From the IMG/VR virus record IMGVR_UViG_3300042485_001041, positions 17,219-81,218 of that record: a stretch of 64,000 nucleotides of DNA; one strand, 5' to 3'. Origin of the DNA: a virus. The translations under genes and the position numbers were made by a program. Positions 26,702 through 35,286 of the stretch are shown here, in pieces. Position 1 is the stretch's first letter, and every line of letters starts with the position of its first letter. The notes under the pieces are model-generated. The model ran no database searches and had not been told where the DNA came from. It saw only the letters and a list, made by a program, of their open reading frames with translations.

Positions 26702-26842
26702 TTACGAATGGATAGTGAGTAGCAAGTAACTCGGCATGGAATGGGTTGGGCTTCGCGGTCACTACGGCTAAAGATCAGCGGTAGCGAAAGGATTGTCGCG
26801 CCATGTGATGTCTGGATACAGGTGGTCACTATCCATTCGTAA
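26702..26842 (-). ncRNA. Putative structured intergenic RNA C
   Basis: Perfect 17-bp closing stem TTACGAATGGATAGTGA/TCACTATCCATTCGTAA enclosing nested stems with G-U pairs on the minus strand. Confidence 0.6.
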
Positions 26843-26845
26843 TTC

Positions 26846-27118
26846 TTATTCATAGTCAGTTGTAACAGCATCTACATTCTTAGCGATTATTTTAGAAGCC
26901 AGATATACATCTTCTAACTCACTCGCTAATTCTTGGAATTGATTAAAGATCGCGCACTCTTCATCGATCGCTGGACATAACTTGTCCATGATTGATTGAA
27001 GAAGTTCGGTCACCTTCTCTGGTGCTGGTTCATCTCGATCTAACGCGTTCTCTAACGCCATTCCAAGAATGGTGCTGGCGAGTCCGAGTTCATCGAGTGT
27101 GAAAGTAATCTTTGCCAT
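26846..27118 (-). CDS. Hypothetical acidic protein
   Basis: RBS AAGGGG. Confidence 0.7.
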   Translation of the reverse strand: MAKITFTLDELGLASTILGMALENALDRDEPAPEKVTELLQSIMDKLCPAIDEECAIFNQFQELASELEDVYLASKIIAKNVDAVTTDYE

Positions 27119-27132
27119 TTATTTATTTCCCC

Positions 27133-27819
27133 TTACTGATAATGAGAAGCGCACCACTTGCCCATGCCAGCCACTACGGACTTTTGAAGGGTTAAGGTGC
27201 GGTGACAATGAACGCAAGTGCCAGTAGCGATACCGAATGCGGAAGCATCAGTAAGTGATAGTCGATCAGTTGCTTTAAGAGTTGCCAACACTTTTGAATT
27301 AAGAGTCCAAGATTTATTTATTGGGTCATACTCTAAAGCGAAGAGTCGATCACTATTTCGAAGTTTGCGTACTGAGTAATAAGTTTCATTAACTCGATAC
27401 GCACCGACAGTCGCTTCGATGATTACTTCTAACTTTGGAAGCATAACTAAATAAGTGATAAGCACTTTCGCTTGATCGCGTGTTAGTTGGTGATACGAGT
27501 CAACCGAATAGTGAGTAGTGATCTCAGTAAGTTTCTCTTGCGCCTTCTGGCGAGTTTGAAGTAAGAGATCGATGTATCCAGACTGCTTCTCACTAATTCG
27601 ATCTTCAACCTTCTTAGGACAAGCAAGTAATTGCTCGATGATGCGAGAGGCGTGCTTCTTGTTTACCTGCTCGGCGTTAGCGATCTCGAACTCATGTATG
27701 CGTTCATCTAACAGGCGTTGAATAAATCGTGCCTGTGCTGGTGAGCAGTATTTAACAGCGAACTCGCCGTACTGATTGCTGGCAGGTGCGCCAGCAGGTT
27801 TGCCTTTAGTAATTGACAC
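27133..27819 (-). CDS. Hypothetical protein with SxxQ repeats and C-terminal Zn ribbon (DUF6011-like)
   Basis: SPAQARFI / SEKQSGYI repeats; CVHCHRTLT...S...GMGKWC. Confidence 0.7.
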   Translation of the reverse strand: MSITKGKPAGAPASNQYGEFAVKYCSPAQARFIQRLLDERIHEFEIANAEQVNKKHASRIIEQLLACPKKVEDRISEKQSGYIDLLLQTRQKAQEKLTEITTHYSVDSYHQLTRDQAKVLITYLVMLPKLEVIIEATVGAYRVNETYYSVRKLRNSDRLFALEYDPINKSWTLNSKVLATLKATDRLSLTDASAFGIATGTCVHCHRTLTLQKSVVAGMGKWCASHYQ

Positions 27820-27821
27820 TT

Positions 27822-28106
27822 CTATTCCCCCTCTTCTGAGTTACACCAAGCATCTAGCCGTAGTGACTCGATAATTTGACTAGCGATCATGTCCGTTCTA
27901 CCTTCACGAGTTTTTACCTTCTCTGGTAGATCAATTAAGCGATCGTAATCGCCTTCATTAATAGCGTTGATTGAAGCGATAGCAACTGGAAGCATGATTA
28001 GTGGTACTGGTGGATAGCAATTTGATGTTAAGTGAATTGTTAATTGCTGTTCGATTGAATTAACGAACTCGCCAGAAGCAAGTTCGATTGCGTGAATAGA
28101 ACCCAT
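27822..28106 (-). CDS. Hypothetical protein
   Basis: RBS GAGGGG; HLTSNCYPPVP. Confidence 0.7.
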   Translation of the reverse strand: MGSIHAIELASGEFVNSIEQQLTIHLTSNCYPPVPLIMLPVAIASINAINEGDYDRLIDLPEKVKTREGRTDMIASQIIESLRLDAWCNSEEGE

Positions 28107-28193
28107 TTAGTTATTCCCCTCTAGTGATTGAAAAGTTAATGCGATTGCTGTACCGATTATTGAAGCGATGATTGCGAGTAAAAAGATAGTCAT
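28107..28193 (-). CDS. 28-aa hydrophobic peptide (not in ORF track)
   Basis: MTIFLLAIIASIIGTAIALTFQSLEGNN; fills the gap exactly. Confidence 0.5.
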   Translation of the reverse strand: MTIFLLAIIASIIGTAIALTFQSLEGNN

Positions 28194-28486
28194 TAGATCG
28201 CTCTCCTTACATAACCTTGATGCTTCGAAGTTGTAGTTGAGTATTTGACATTCGGAATAGTCCAACCGAACTTTCCATGCCATGCGATTGGAGTGCCATA
28301 CGAATACACGATGTAATCGGGGAACTCAGTTGCCAGTTGAAGTGCCAAGTGACTATCTAAGCGACCAGTAGAAGGCGAGAACTCTTCACAATTAGGTGAG
28401 ATCACATAACCAGAGAAGTTGTTACCTTGAAATGCCACGCGATTATGAATTAGTACGCCAGCCTTTTGGTTTGATGATTTAGTCAT
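28193..28486 (-). CDS. Hypothetical protein, paralog of 8950-9267
   Basis: YSYGTPIAWHG...TTSKHQGYVRRAI. Confidence 0.75.
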   Translation of the reverse strand: MTKSSNQKAGVLIHNRVAFQGNNFSGYVISPNCEEFSPSTGRLDSHLALQLATEFPDYIVYSYGTPIAWHGKFGWTIPNVKYSTTTSKHQGYVRRAI

Positions 28487-28650
28487 TAGTTATTCCCCTT
28501 TAGTTTTCCAGTAAAAGATAATTCGATGATGAATGCTCGGTTATATGCCAAGAAGTTTTCAAGATCGCCAATAGTTTCGAAATCCTCTTTACGATTAAAA
28601 ATCTCTTTGCGATTCCATTGATTAACGATGCGATAAGTTGCTGTAATCAT
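28486..28650 (-). CDS. 54-aa hypothetical protein (not in ORF track)
   Basis: MITATYRIVNQWNRKE...; TAATG coupling at both ends. Confidence 0.55.
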   Translation of the reverse strand: MITATYRIVNQWNRKEIFNRKEDFETIGDLENFLAYNRAFIIELSFTGKLKGNN

Positions 28651-28817
28651 TATTTAGTACCTGCGATCTTCAAGTTCTTGATTGCGTTGAAGTCGAAAGT
28701 TGAGTAATAACGAGTTCCGTCATTTAGTAGTAAGTCGATGCTCGAAGGTGTGATGCGACCACGAGCGATGATTTTGCCGTCTTTATCTATGAACACTTGA
28801 TCGGTATTTTTCTTCAT
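28650..28817 (-). CDS. 55-aa hypothetical protein (not in ORF track)
   Basis: MKKNTDQVFIDKDG...; RBS AAGGGA. Confidence 0.55.
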   Translation of the reverse strand: MKKNTDQVFIDKDGKIIARGRITPSSIDLLLNDGTRYYSTFDFNAIKNLKIAGTK

Positions 28818-28907
28818 TTCGTTTCCCTTTGTTTTTACTGGTGAAATTGATTATCGATTTGATAACCACCACATCGCACCGATTTACTCGATGCGATGTA
28901 GAAGCGA

Positions 28908-29252
28908 TCAGATAGTTAGAAGTCGAAGTGCTGAGTGAATTGATTTACCGAGTTGTAACGCACGCTGTTGCGCCTCTTCTGTCAGTTCAACTCGATTGCC
29001 GTCACGAACTGAATTGGGAAAGTAACCCTTGCCAGCGCACAGAAGAGAAGTCCAGAGAAGATCGAGTTCGCTCTGGGTAAGTGTGATCGTTGCGGTTGGT
29101 TCATCGGTAGCAATAGCCGACCAGCACCATGAGCAGAAGCCGTCACGAGTTGCGATTACATCAGTTCTAGTTGCTTGAAGATGATTAATACAATGAAGGC
29201 TCTGGCACTTTTGAATTGAAGGTGCTGTTGAAGTAATTTCGCCTAGTTTCAT
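28908..29252 (-). CDS. First ORF of the leftward operon, Cys-rich (start re-assigned to MKLGEI)
   Basis: CxxxxC...CSWC; purine-rich RBS upstream. Confidence 0.6.
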   Translation of the reverse strand: MKLGEITSTAPSIQKCQSLHCINHLQATRTDVIATRDGFCSWCWSAIATDEPTATITLTQSELDLLWTSLLCAGKGYFPNSVRDGNRVELTEEAQQRALQLGKSIHSALRLLTI

Positions 29253-29292
29253 TTTCTTTCCATTCCAGTAATGATTAATTGAATACATCGAG

Positions 29293-29985
29293 TTATGTAT
29301 TCACCCCACTAGTAACCAGAGATAGATCGCTGTCTATTTACCAGTTACTAGTAGAGAAAACACATAAGCAGATAATTACTAATTGAGTTGCCCAGTTCGT
29401 TCACTATGCTTCATGCGGATTGGTTACCGATTGCGCTGTTATTAACAGATAGTCCATGTGAACTGGATTCAATCTCCATAATTATTTTCCCTAAGCCATA
29501 TCTGCTATTCACAATTAATTTCTTAATCGTTGGAGTTGTTTACATTTAATGAAGTTAATCGCTCGTTATTAGTAGTAATCGCTAGTTAATAAATAGTGGA
29601 TTCTATTTATTCATTCATCGCGTAGTAATAAGTTTTCGCAATTAGATTTTCATCTCTTGAATTATTCGCTCGTTATTCGTAATCGCATTCACTAATAGCA
29701 TCTAGTAGATAGATCGCTTTCGCCTTAGTTAGTTATTAATCGAGTTCATTGGTACAGAACACAATTAAAAGAATGCGATTCGTAATCGCAGATTTTCTTA
29801 GCCTCTATTTAATTAAGTTATTTAGTAACGATCGCCAGTTGAGTACCGCGCCTTAGCGTTGTTAGTTCGGGTCAGTTCACCGACCATTACTAAATAACTT
29901 TGAGCATTTTTCACTTCTGATTAATAAACCGATCAGTTGCCCCTAGAGGATTCTGAAAAGATCGATCGTTGGTCGCGTGCGCTAT
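29293..29985 (-). ncRNA. Putative large (~700 nt) structured non-coding RNA
   Basis: No ORF of 60 aa or more; multiple long-range stems (see findings); in the stem examined in detail the mismatches read as G-U on the minus strand. Confidence 0.6.
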
Positions 29986-29991
29986 GGGAGA

Positions 29992-30021
29992 AATGTACCA
30001 CTCAGCCCGATCAGTTGATAA
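29992..30021 (-). promoter_or_regulatory. Candidate leftward promoter (extended -10 TGGTACATT; weak -35 TTATCA)
   Basis: Minus-strand TGn-TACATT at 30000-29992, just upstream of the structured region. Confidence 0.4.
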
Positions 30022-30540
30022 CAGGCTCGATCTATTTACTCCGCGTTGCCGATCTAATTGTTAAGCCGAATGAGCGTGCGTGGGATTGAGCGTAAATACA
30101 CCTGAGAGGGCGTAGAAGGGGTCTAAGAGCCGAGTACCCCCAGTTTGAAGGTAATCACCCCAGAGCAGGTGAGATCGTGGCTCATAGGGCGCGTGTGGAG
30201 AGGGGTGTTTATGCGTTAATGTCCGAATTGCCCGATATATGTAAGTCCACGCCGACAATGTGAAAGTTAGATAGTTAGATGCGCCGATGCGCCAGAGCCA
30301 GATGAAATTGCGCCGATGTATTTTTTTTCTCAGTATTAACAATTTAATCACTAAGAGAGAGTAGAGAAGATAAGAAGAAAACAATTAAGAGGGAGATGTA
30401 ATTAATTAATGATTAGTAGAAAAGATTATCCATTAGTTGATCGAGTTGATTCAAACAGCAGATTTAATTTATTGATGTGGTTAGCGAAGTACCAGATGAA
30501 TAACCCCGATGTAGTAGAGATAGAGATTGATTCACATAAC

Positions 30541-30829
30541 TATTAATAAATAATAATAAATAATAAATGATCGATGTGATGATGTGATCGATGTGAACTC
30601 GAATAGCAGGTGGTTAGTACCTGATAACAACTGGGTGGCACACCTGACAGTCTGGTGTTACGCGCACAGCCACGCCACTTGCCAGAGCAGTAGCCGAAGA
30701 TCGTGTCACCAAGATTGTCACCAAGTTAGTTAATCAATAACTATTTACGCTCATGTTAACTAGTTCGCACCTGACTAGTAATCAGGAGTAATTGTTAACA
30801 CCGACCCCCACCCCCTACCCCACCCACCC
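30541..30829. repeat. Low-complexity repeats: TAATAAA units, GATCGATGTGA x2, GTCACCAAG x2 and a C-run
   Basis: Read directly from the non-coding divergence point between the leftward and rightward blocks. Confidence 0.7.
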
Positions 30830-30922
30830 TTAATCGCACGCACGCAAGTGCCGAGCCAGGTGTCAGACACGGTTGACGACTTTTACGCTGAGGCAGTGCG
30901 GATTTTAAGCCATAATCGCCAT

Positions 30923-31531
30923 ATGCCCGCTCACAGCGTCTGCCGCACCTGCGGAAAGAAGATTAAGCAAGAAGGCTCCACTTGGAGTTCTCATTTGGGC
31001 GATAAGTGCTGGGGCAAGGGCACCCACAACCCCGTTCACACCGTTATCTCAGAAGGCTTAAAATCGGCCCCAGTATCAGTTCCTAGTCGTTTGCTTAATG
31101 AAACCTTGTTTCGTGGGTTGCCAGGTACTAAGTTGGAGACTCCACTTGGAATGCACTGGTCATCTGTATCGGGGCTTGACCACGTTTCTGGTTATTCGGG
31201 AGGAATAGGTAGTGGCGCTAGTCTATTTTCTGGCGGAGAAGGTAAAAAGGGCGAGAAGTCAACTATCATTCACGCTAAGGTAAACAACCGAGCAATCATC
31301 AACCCTCGCTCATCAGAGGGTAAGAAGATGGCTGGTCGTCATCAAATTTGGGGCGGAGGAGCCCCTGAGTACGAAGAGACGGTTCGCCCTGGTGCAAACG
31401 TTGAAGTAACTAAGTTAACTCGTGTACGTAACGTTACCGATGCCTCTCATGACGAATCTGGTAAGTACACTCCAGCGGTAACAAAGCAACGAGAGATCCG
31501 TTACAAGAAACCAAGACAGGTACAAGCATAA
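30923..31531 (+). CDS. ADP-ribosyltransferase-like protein with N-terminal Zn finger (start re-assigned)
   Basis: CRTCG...H..C; LFRG...GMHWSS...EYEETV; CATAAT 6 nt before ATG. Confidence 0.65.
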   Translation: MPAHSVCRTCGKKIKQEGSTWSSHLGDKCWGKGTHNPVHTVISEGLKSAPVSVPSRLLNETLFRGLPGTKLETPLGMHWSSVSGLDHVSGYSGGIGSGASLFSGGEGKKGEKSTIIHAKVNNRAIINPRSSEGKKMAGRHQIWGGGAPEYEETVRPGANVEVTKLTRVRNVTDASHDESGKYTPAVTKQREIRYKKPRQVQA

Positions 31532-31953
31532 TGGCCGCTCAAGACAACCTTTCAGAAGCCTTGTTCACCGTGCCTCTGCATCGTGGGGTAAAGAGCACCT
31601 CTACCCTTAGTAACCCTGTAGGAATCCACTGGACAGACGTACCTAAAGTTGCAGAGAAGTTTGCAAGGGCAAAGGTCATGTATCCCAATGAACGAGGTTC
31701 TGGAAGAGTCATCCATGGCAAAGTTAACGAAAAAGCCATTGTTGATAAAAAGTCTAAAGAAGGTCGCACATTACGTAAACTTCATGGAATTGAGCCCTAC
31801 GAGAACGAACATGAGAATACCGTAAGACCAGGAGCCACTGTACTTGTTACAGGGTCTACTCGCATAACCCACACAGTTGATCCCAAGGGCAAAGAGAAGA
31901 TAGAACGCCGTAGAGAACGACGTTATAACCCACCACGACAGGTGCGTGCATAA
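31531..31953 (+). CDS. ADP-ribosyltransferase-like protein, NLS leader
   Basis: LHRG...GIHWT....A.KFA...EHENTV. Confidence 0.65.
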   Translation: MAAQDNLSEALFTVPLHRGVKSTSTLSNPVGIHWTDVPKVAEKFARAKVMYPNERGSGRVIHGKVNEKAIVDKKSKEGRTLRKLHGIEPYENEHENTVRPGATVLVTGSTRITHTVDPKGKEKIERRRERRYNPPRQVRA

Positions 31954-32384
31954 TGGCTGCCTCAGACAACCTATCTCCTAAACAGTTCAACAGGCCTCTA
32001 GTACGCCCTGCTGAGATGGCAGACCCAGATATGCGGCCAGGAGCAAAGAACTACCCTCGTAAGAAATTTAACGTACATGCAGAGATGGGTAAGTCATGGA
32101 AGGCCGTGACACCACCTAATTCCTTTGACATGAAGACAGGTGCTCCGCTACCTGTACAGCCAGGCGCTATCTCTATCGTCACACCTGAAAACGGAGATGC
32201 ATGGACTAATTGGCCTGAACATACTGACCCAGACAAAATTCGCATGGCTAAGAAGTTAGTTAAGAACAACTTGACTCGTGAAGCCCAGAAGAGCAGAGAC
32301 CCAAAGGTTCGTATGCAATCACGTCAAGCCTCTTACAAGGCTAACCAGATTCAATCTGCTATTCAGAATCGTACAAATAAATAA
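31953..32384 (+). CDS. Hypothetical protein, NLSxxQF leader
   Basis: MAASDNLSPKQF. Confidence 0.7.
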   Translation: MAASDNLSPKQFNRPLVRPAEMADPDMRPGAKNYPRKKFNVHAEMGKSWKAVTPPNSFDMKTGAPLPVQPGAISIVTPENGDAWTNWPEHTDPDKIRMAKKLVKNNLTREAQKSRDPKVRMQSRQASYKANQIQSAIQNRTNK

Positions 32385-32863
32385 TGGCTGCCTCAGACCA
32401 CCTAGGACCTCAGTGGAGTCAACCTGAACTAACTTTTCAAGTACACCGTGGACTTACTCGTAAGCCTCAAAAGGGTAGATGGCTAGGTATGCACTGGTCA
32501 GCAGATCCAGCGGTAGCAAGAAGGTTTGCTGGGCCGTTTGGCCACGTTGTACATGGTGAGGTACCAATGAGTTCTGTTGAGACAGATACTGGCACTCTAA
32601 GAAGTGAGCGCGTTATTGACGATTCTAAAGTTAAAGAGCCATACAAACAAGAGAAAGAAGTGTCAGTTACGGTTGGCAAGCCTGTAAAGGTCACTGGCGT
32701 AACTGGTCCTGAAGCAGATAAAGAGACAGGTAACTGGAACGGAGTGCGTCGCACTACTCCCAACTCAAATACCGCAACTACGGCTGAGTGGCAAGAAGCC
32801 ATGAAGAATAAGCGTCCAGCAAGAAAGCGCACCTATAAAAAGCCAAGAGAGATGACAGCCTAA
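32384..32863 (+). CDS. ADP-ribosyltransferase-like protein, leader variant
   Basis: MAASDHLGPQW; VHRG...GMHWSAD..VARRFA...EKEV. Confidence 0.65.
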   Translation: MAASDHLGPQWSQPELTFQVHRGLTRKPQKGRWLGMHWSADPAVARRFAGPFGHVVHGEVPMSSVETDTGTLRSERVIDDSKVKEPYKQEKEVSVTVGKPVKVTGVTGPEADKETGNWNGVRRTTPNSNTATTAEWQEAMKNKRPARKRTYKKPREMTA

Positions 32864-33237
32864 TGGCCGCTGAAGATAACTTAAGCAATGCCCAGTGGCA
32901 TCAGTTGGAGATGTACAAAACAGCCAAGGACTTGTATGGGCACAGACTCTCTGATGTAGAGGTGGAACATGACCGTCTTAAAAACGATGAAGGCATAGAC
33001 CCTGAAGAACACGATGTAGATGTTAAAGGTTGGGTTATGGATCGTAAATTATCCGAAAGCAAAAGAAGCGGCCTGTACAGCAATATCAAAAGTCGTGGAG
33101 TTACAGATCCTGTAAGTTTAGGTCAAGGTCGTTGGGGCGTGTATAAACGAGGTGTCGTAAGTGATGGACACCACCGCATTGCTGCCGCAAACGATATTGA
33201 CCCTAATATGTTAGTTCCAGTAGAGCATCAGAAATAG
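32863..33237 (+). CDS. ParB/Srx-like protein, NLS leader
   Basis: IKSRGVTDPV...VSDGHHRIAAA...VPV. Confidence 0.72.
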   Translation: MAAEDNLSNAQWHQLEMYKTAKDLYGHRLSDVEVEHDRLKNDEGIDPEEHDVDVKGWVMDRKLSESKRSGLYSNIKSRGVTDPVSLGQGRWGVYKRGVVSDGHHRIAAANDIDPNMLVPVEHQK

Positions 33238-33304
33238 GCCTTACCTCCCCTAACTAATATTTTTTTATTCAGTAAAAGTAAGGCAGTAGCCTTATCCTTA
33301 CCAT

Positions 33305-33547
33305 ATGGAAAAAGACCCTAAAGAGTTGTGGGCAGACTCCATGGCTAGACAAGATATGACCCAGATGTGGCATAACCACTCTCAGTCTAAAGGGGATAAA
33401 GAGCATAAAGGCATTCCCGCCTCCACCTGTCCAGCCTGTTTTGAGAACGACCCAGTAACAGTTGAACACTCTTACGAGTCTGACCGTGAAGCGGCAAGAG
33501 GCCACTTGACTTCCCAACAATTTGATAAGATGTTTGGACACCTATGA
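33305..33547 (+). CDS. Hypothetical protein (H..H..CPAC)
   Basis: TATCCT 6 nt before ATG. Confidence 0.65.
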   Translation: MEKDPKELWADSMARQDMTQMWHNHSQSKGDKEHKGIPASTCPACFENDPVTVEHSYESDREAARGHLTSQQFDKMFGHL

Positions 33548-33780
33548 GCCAAGAGAACTTAAGCCAAGAGCAATTCAAGGTATATGACTTTGAGGCCGCT
33601 AAGAATATGAAGAAGAGCACTGGTCGTGCCGTTGCTTGGCAGAAGGACAATGACGAGTATCACCCAGATACCAAGAAGCATGATGATGAGGCTCTGGCTA
33701 TCCACGATGAGCCAGCCAAGCCAGATAACATGGCAGTTAAAGCCGCCAAGTTCATTGGCCTGATGGACCCAATCGGCTAA
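33544..33780 (+). CDS. Hypothetical protein, NLSxxQF leader
   Basis: MSQENLSQEQF. Confidence 0.7.
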   Translation: MSQENLSQEQFKVYDFEAAKNMKKSTGRAVAWQKDNDEYHPDTKKHDDEALAIHDEPAKPDNMAVKAAKFIGLMDPIG

Positions 33781-34203
33781 ATGGTTGCTTCAGATAACCT
33801 ATCTCCCAAACAGTTCAACCGTTTGAGCATGGGCGCCCCTATTGTAAAAAATTTAGGTATTGTCGCTCACGATCCTAAAGAAGACGATACTGAAGAAGGT
33901 TTTAATCGTACAGAGGCTATGTACGCTAATAAAGAGCACCATAATCCAGGTGACATGTGGGACATGCCTTCCTCAGAAGAGTTACATACAACTCAAAGCG
34001 TTTTAAACAAATCTACGATTAGACACTTTGTAGATAACCCTAATAACCCTGAAGAGTGGAAAGATGGCGAAGGCTACAACGCTCCAGAGGTTTACACTCA
34101 CCAGGGTAAGTTGTGGGTTCACGAAGGCCACCATCGCCTTATCGCCTCTCGTTTAAGGGGAGACTCAAGTACAAAAGTTCATCACTGGGATACTGGTCAG
34201 TAA
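33781..34203 (+). CDS. ParB/Srx-like protein, NLSxxQF leader
   Basis: LHTTQ...PEV....GKLWVHEGHHRLIA. Confidence 0.72.
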   Translation: MVASDNLSPKQFNRLSMGAPIVKNLGIVAHDPKEDDTEEGFNRTEAMYANKEHHNPGDMWDMPSSEELHTTQSVLNKSTIRHFVDNPNNPEEWKDGEGYNAPEVYTHQGKLWVHEGHHRLIASRLRGDSSTKVHHWDTGQ

Positions 34204-34670
34204 TGGCTGAGTTTCACTCAGAATGGGGCCACGGCTATCAACCAGCCCCACCTACCAATTTAAACCTTAAGCAGTTTGCTCCACACATTCGCTACGAAGT
34301 TCCACAGGCAGATAAGCCATTTGGCAATGCGGCAACTAACTTTGGCCTACATACTGCTGGCGTAGAACTGACAACCCAGGCACCAGACTCAGATAAGCCA
34401 TCTGAGACCCTTGGACACCTCCATTGGCATGCAACACGAGGTGAGATACTAGATGTCCACGTTGTTCCAGGCGCACGACGTAAGGGCGTTGCTACAGCGT
34501 TACTTGCTGCTGCAAAAGATGTTGCAGCAAAAACAGGTGTGCCAGCGCCAGTTCACTCAAAAGATAGAAGTGACATGGGTGATAAGTGGGCAAAATCAGT
34601 CGGCGGCGAAATGCCAGAGCGTTTAAAGATCGGTGGAATACAAGATTTTGAGGGTATTCTTAAAAAATAA
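34203..34670 (+). CDS. GNAT-family acetyltransferase (start re-assigned to MAEF)
   Basis: EILDVHVVPGARRKGVATALL motif A; NLNLKQF near the N-terminus. Confidence 0.8.
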   Translation: MAEFHSEWGHGYQPAPPTNLNLKQFAPHIRYEVPQADKPFGNAATNFGLHTAGVELTTQAPDSDKPSETLGHLHWHATRGEILDVHVVPGARRKGVATALLAAAKDVAAKTGVPAPVHSKDRSDMGDKWAKSVGGEMPERLKIGGIQDFEGILKK

Positions 34671-34691
34671 ACGGTAAAACCATGTGGTAAT

Positions 34692-35120
34692 GTGCGCGAT
34701 GTGCCAAGACCTAATACACCAGAAGGTAAAGAGAAGAAGCGCGAAGACCAAAAACGCTATTATCAGCGTAATAAAAGCAGTTACATAGCCAAAAACAAGG
34801 TAAAAAGGGCTGAAATCAAGGATTTTCTTCGAAAATACAAGGAATTTAAGGGTTGCGGCGACTGTAGCGGCAAATTTCCCTTCTATATTTTAGATTTTGA
34901 CCATCGCGACCCCGCTATGAAGCGATTTAGCCCCGCGAAGATGGCACATAACAATAGTTGGACAGCCATGGTTGAAGAAATTGCCAAGTGTGATGTACTC
35001 TGTGCTAATTGTCATCGAGAACGCACATATAAGGATGGCCATCGCTTCTTAGGTCAGAAAAATACTAAGAAAGTCTTTACTGAGAAAAAGAAACGGAGCA
35101 CAAGTGAGAACAATTGCTGA
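34692..35120 (+). CDS. HNH endonuclease
   Basis: CGDC...LDFDH...EIAKCDVLCANCHR. Confidence 0.85.
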   Translation: MRDVPRPNTPEGKEKKREDQKRYYQRNKSSYIAKNKVKRAEIKDFLRKYKEFKGCGDCSGKFPFYILDFDHRDPAMKRFSPAKMAHNNSWTAMVEEIAKCDVLCANCHRERTYKDGHRFLGQKNTKKVFTEKKKRSTSENNC

Positions 35121-35286
35121 GATAATCGCAAGAATCAAGAGTGAAGATAGAGAGTTGATGGATCGTTTTGCTGGCCAAAGCGCCGTTGCTTATCTAGAAG
35201 GCTTAACTTGTAAGGATGGCTGTCACCCATGTGACAAATGCCAAAGCATATTCGAAGCAATCGAAATAATAGGGAGAATCAAATGA
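35104..35286 (+). CDS. Small Cys-rich protein
   Basis: C...C..CDKC; operonic. Confidence 0.55.
   Translation: MRTIAEIIARIKSEDRELMDRFAGQSAVAYLEGLTCKDGCHPCDKCQSIFEAIEIIGRIK

Noticed and set aside
26644-26871. 75-aa minus-strand ORF
   Set aside because: Overlaps the upstream gene, lacks an RBS and spans the 17-bp-stem RNA element; likely spurious.
30061-30384. 107-aa minus-strand ORF
   Set aside because: No convincing start/RBS, low-complexity composition; probably non-coding.
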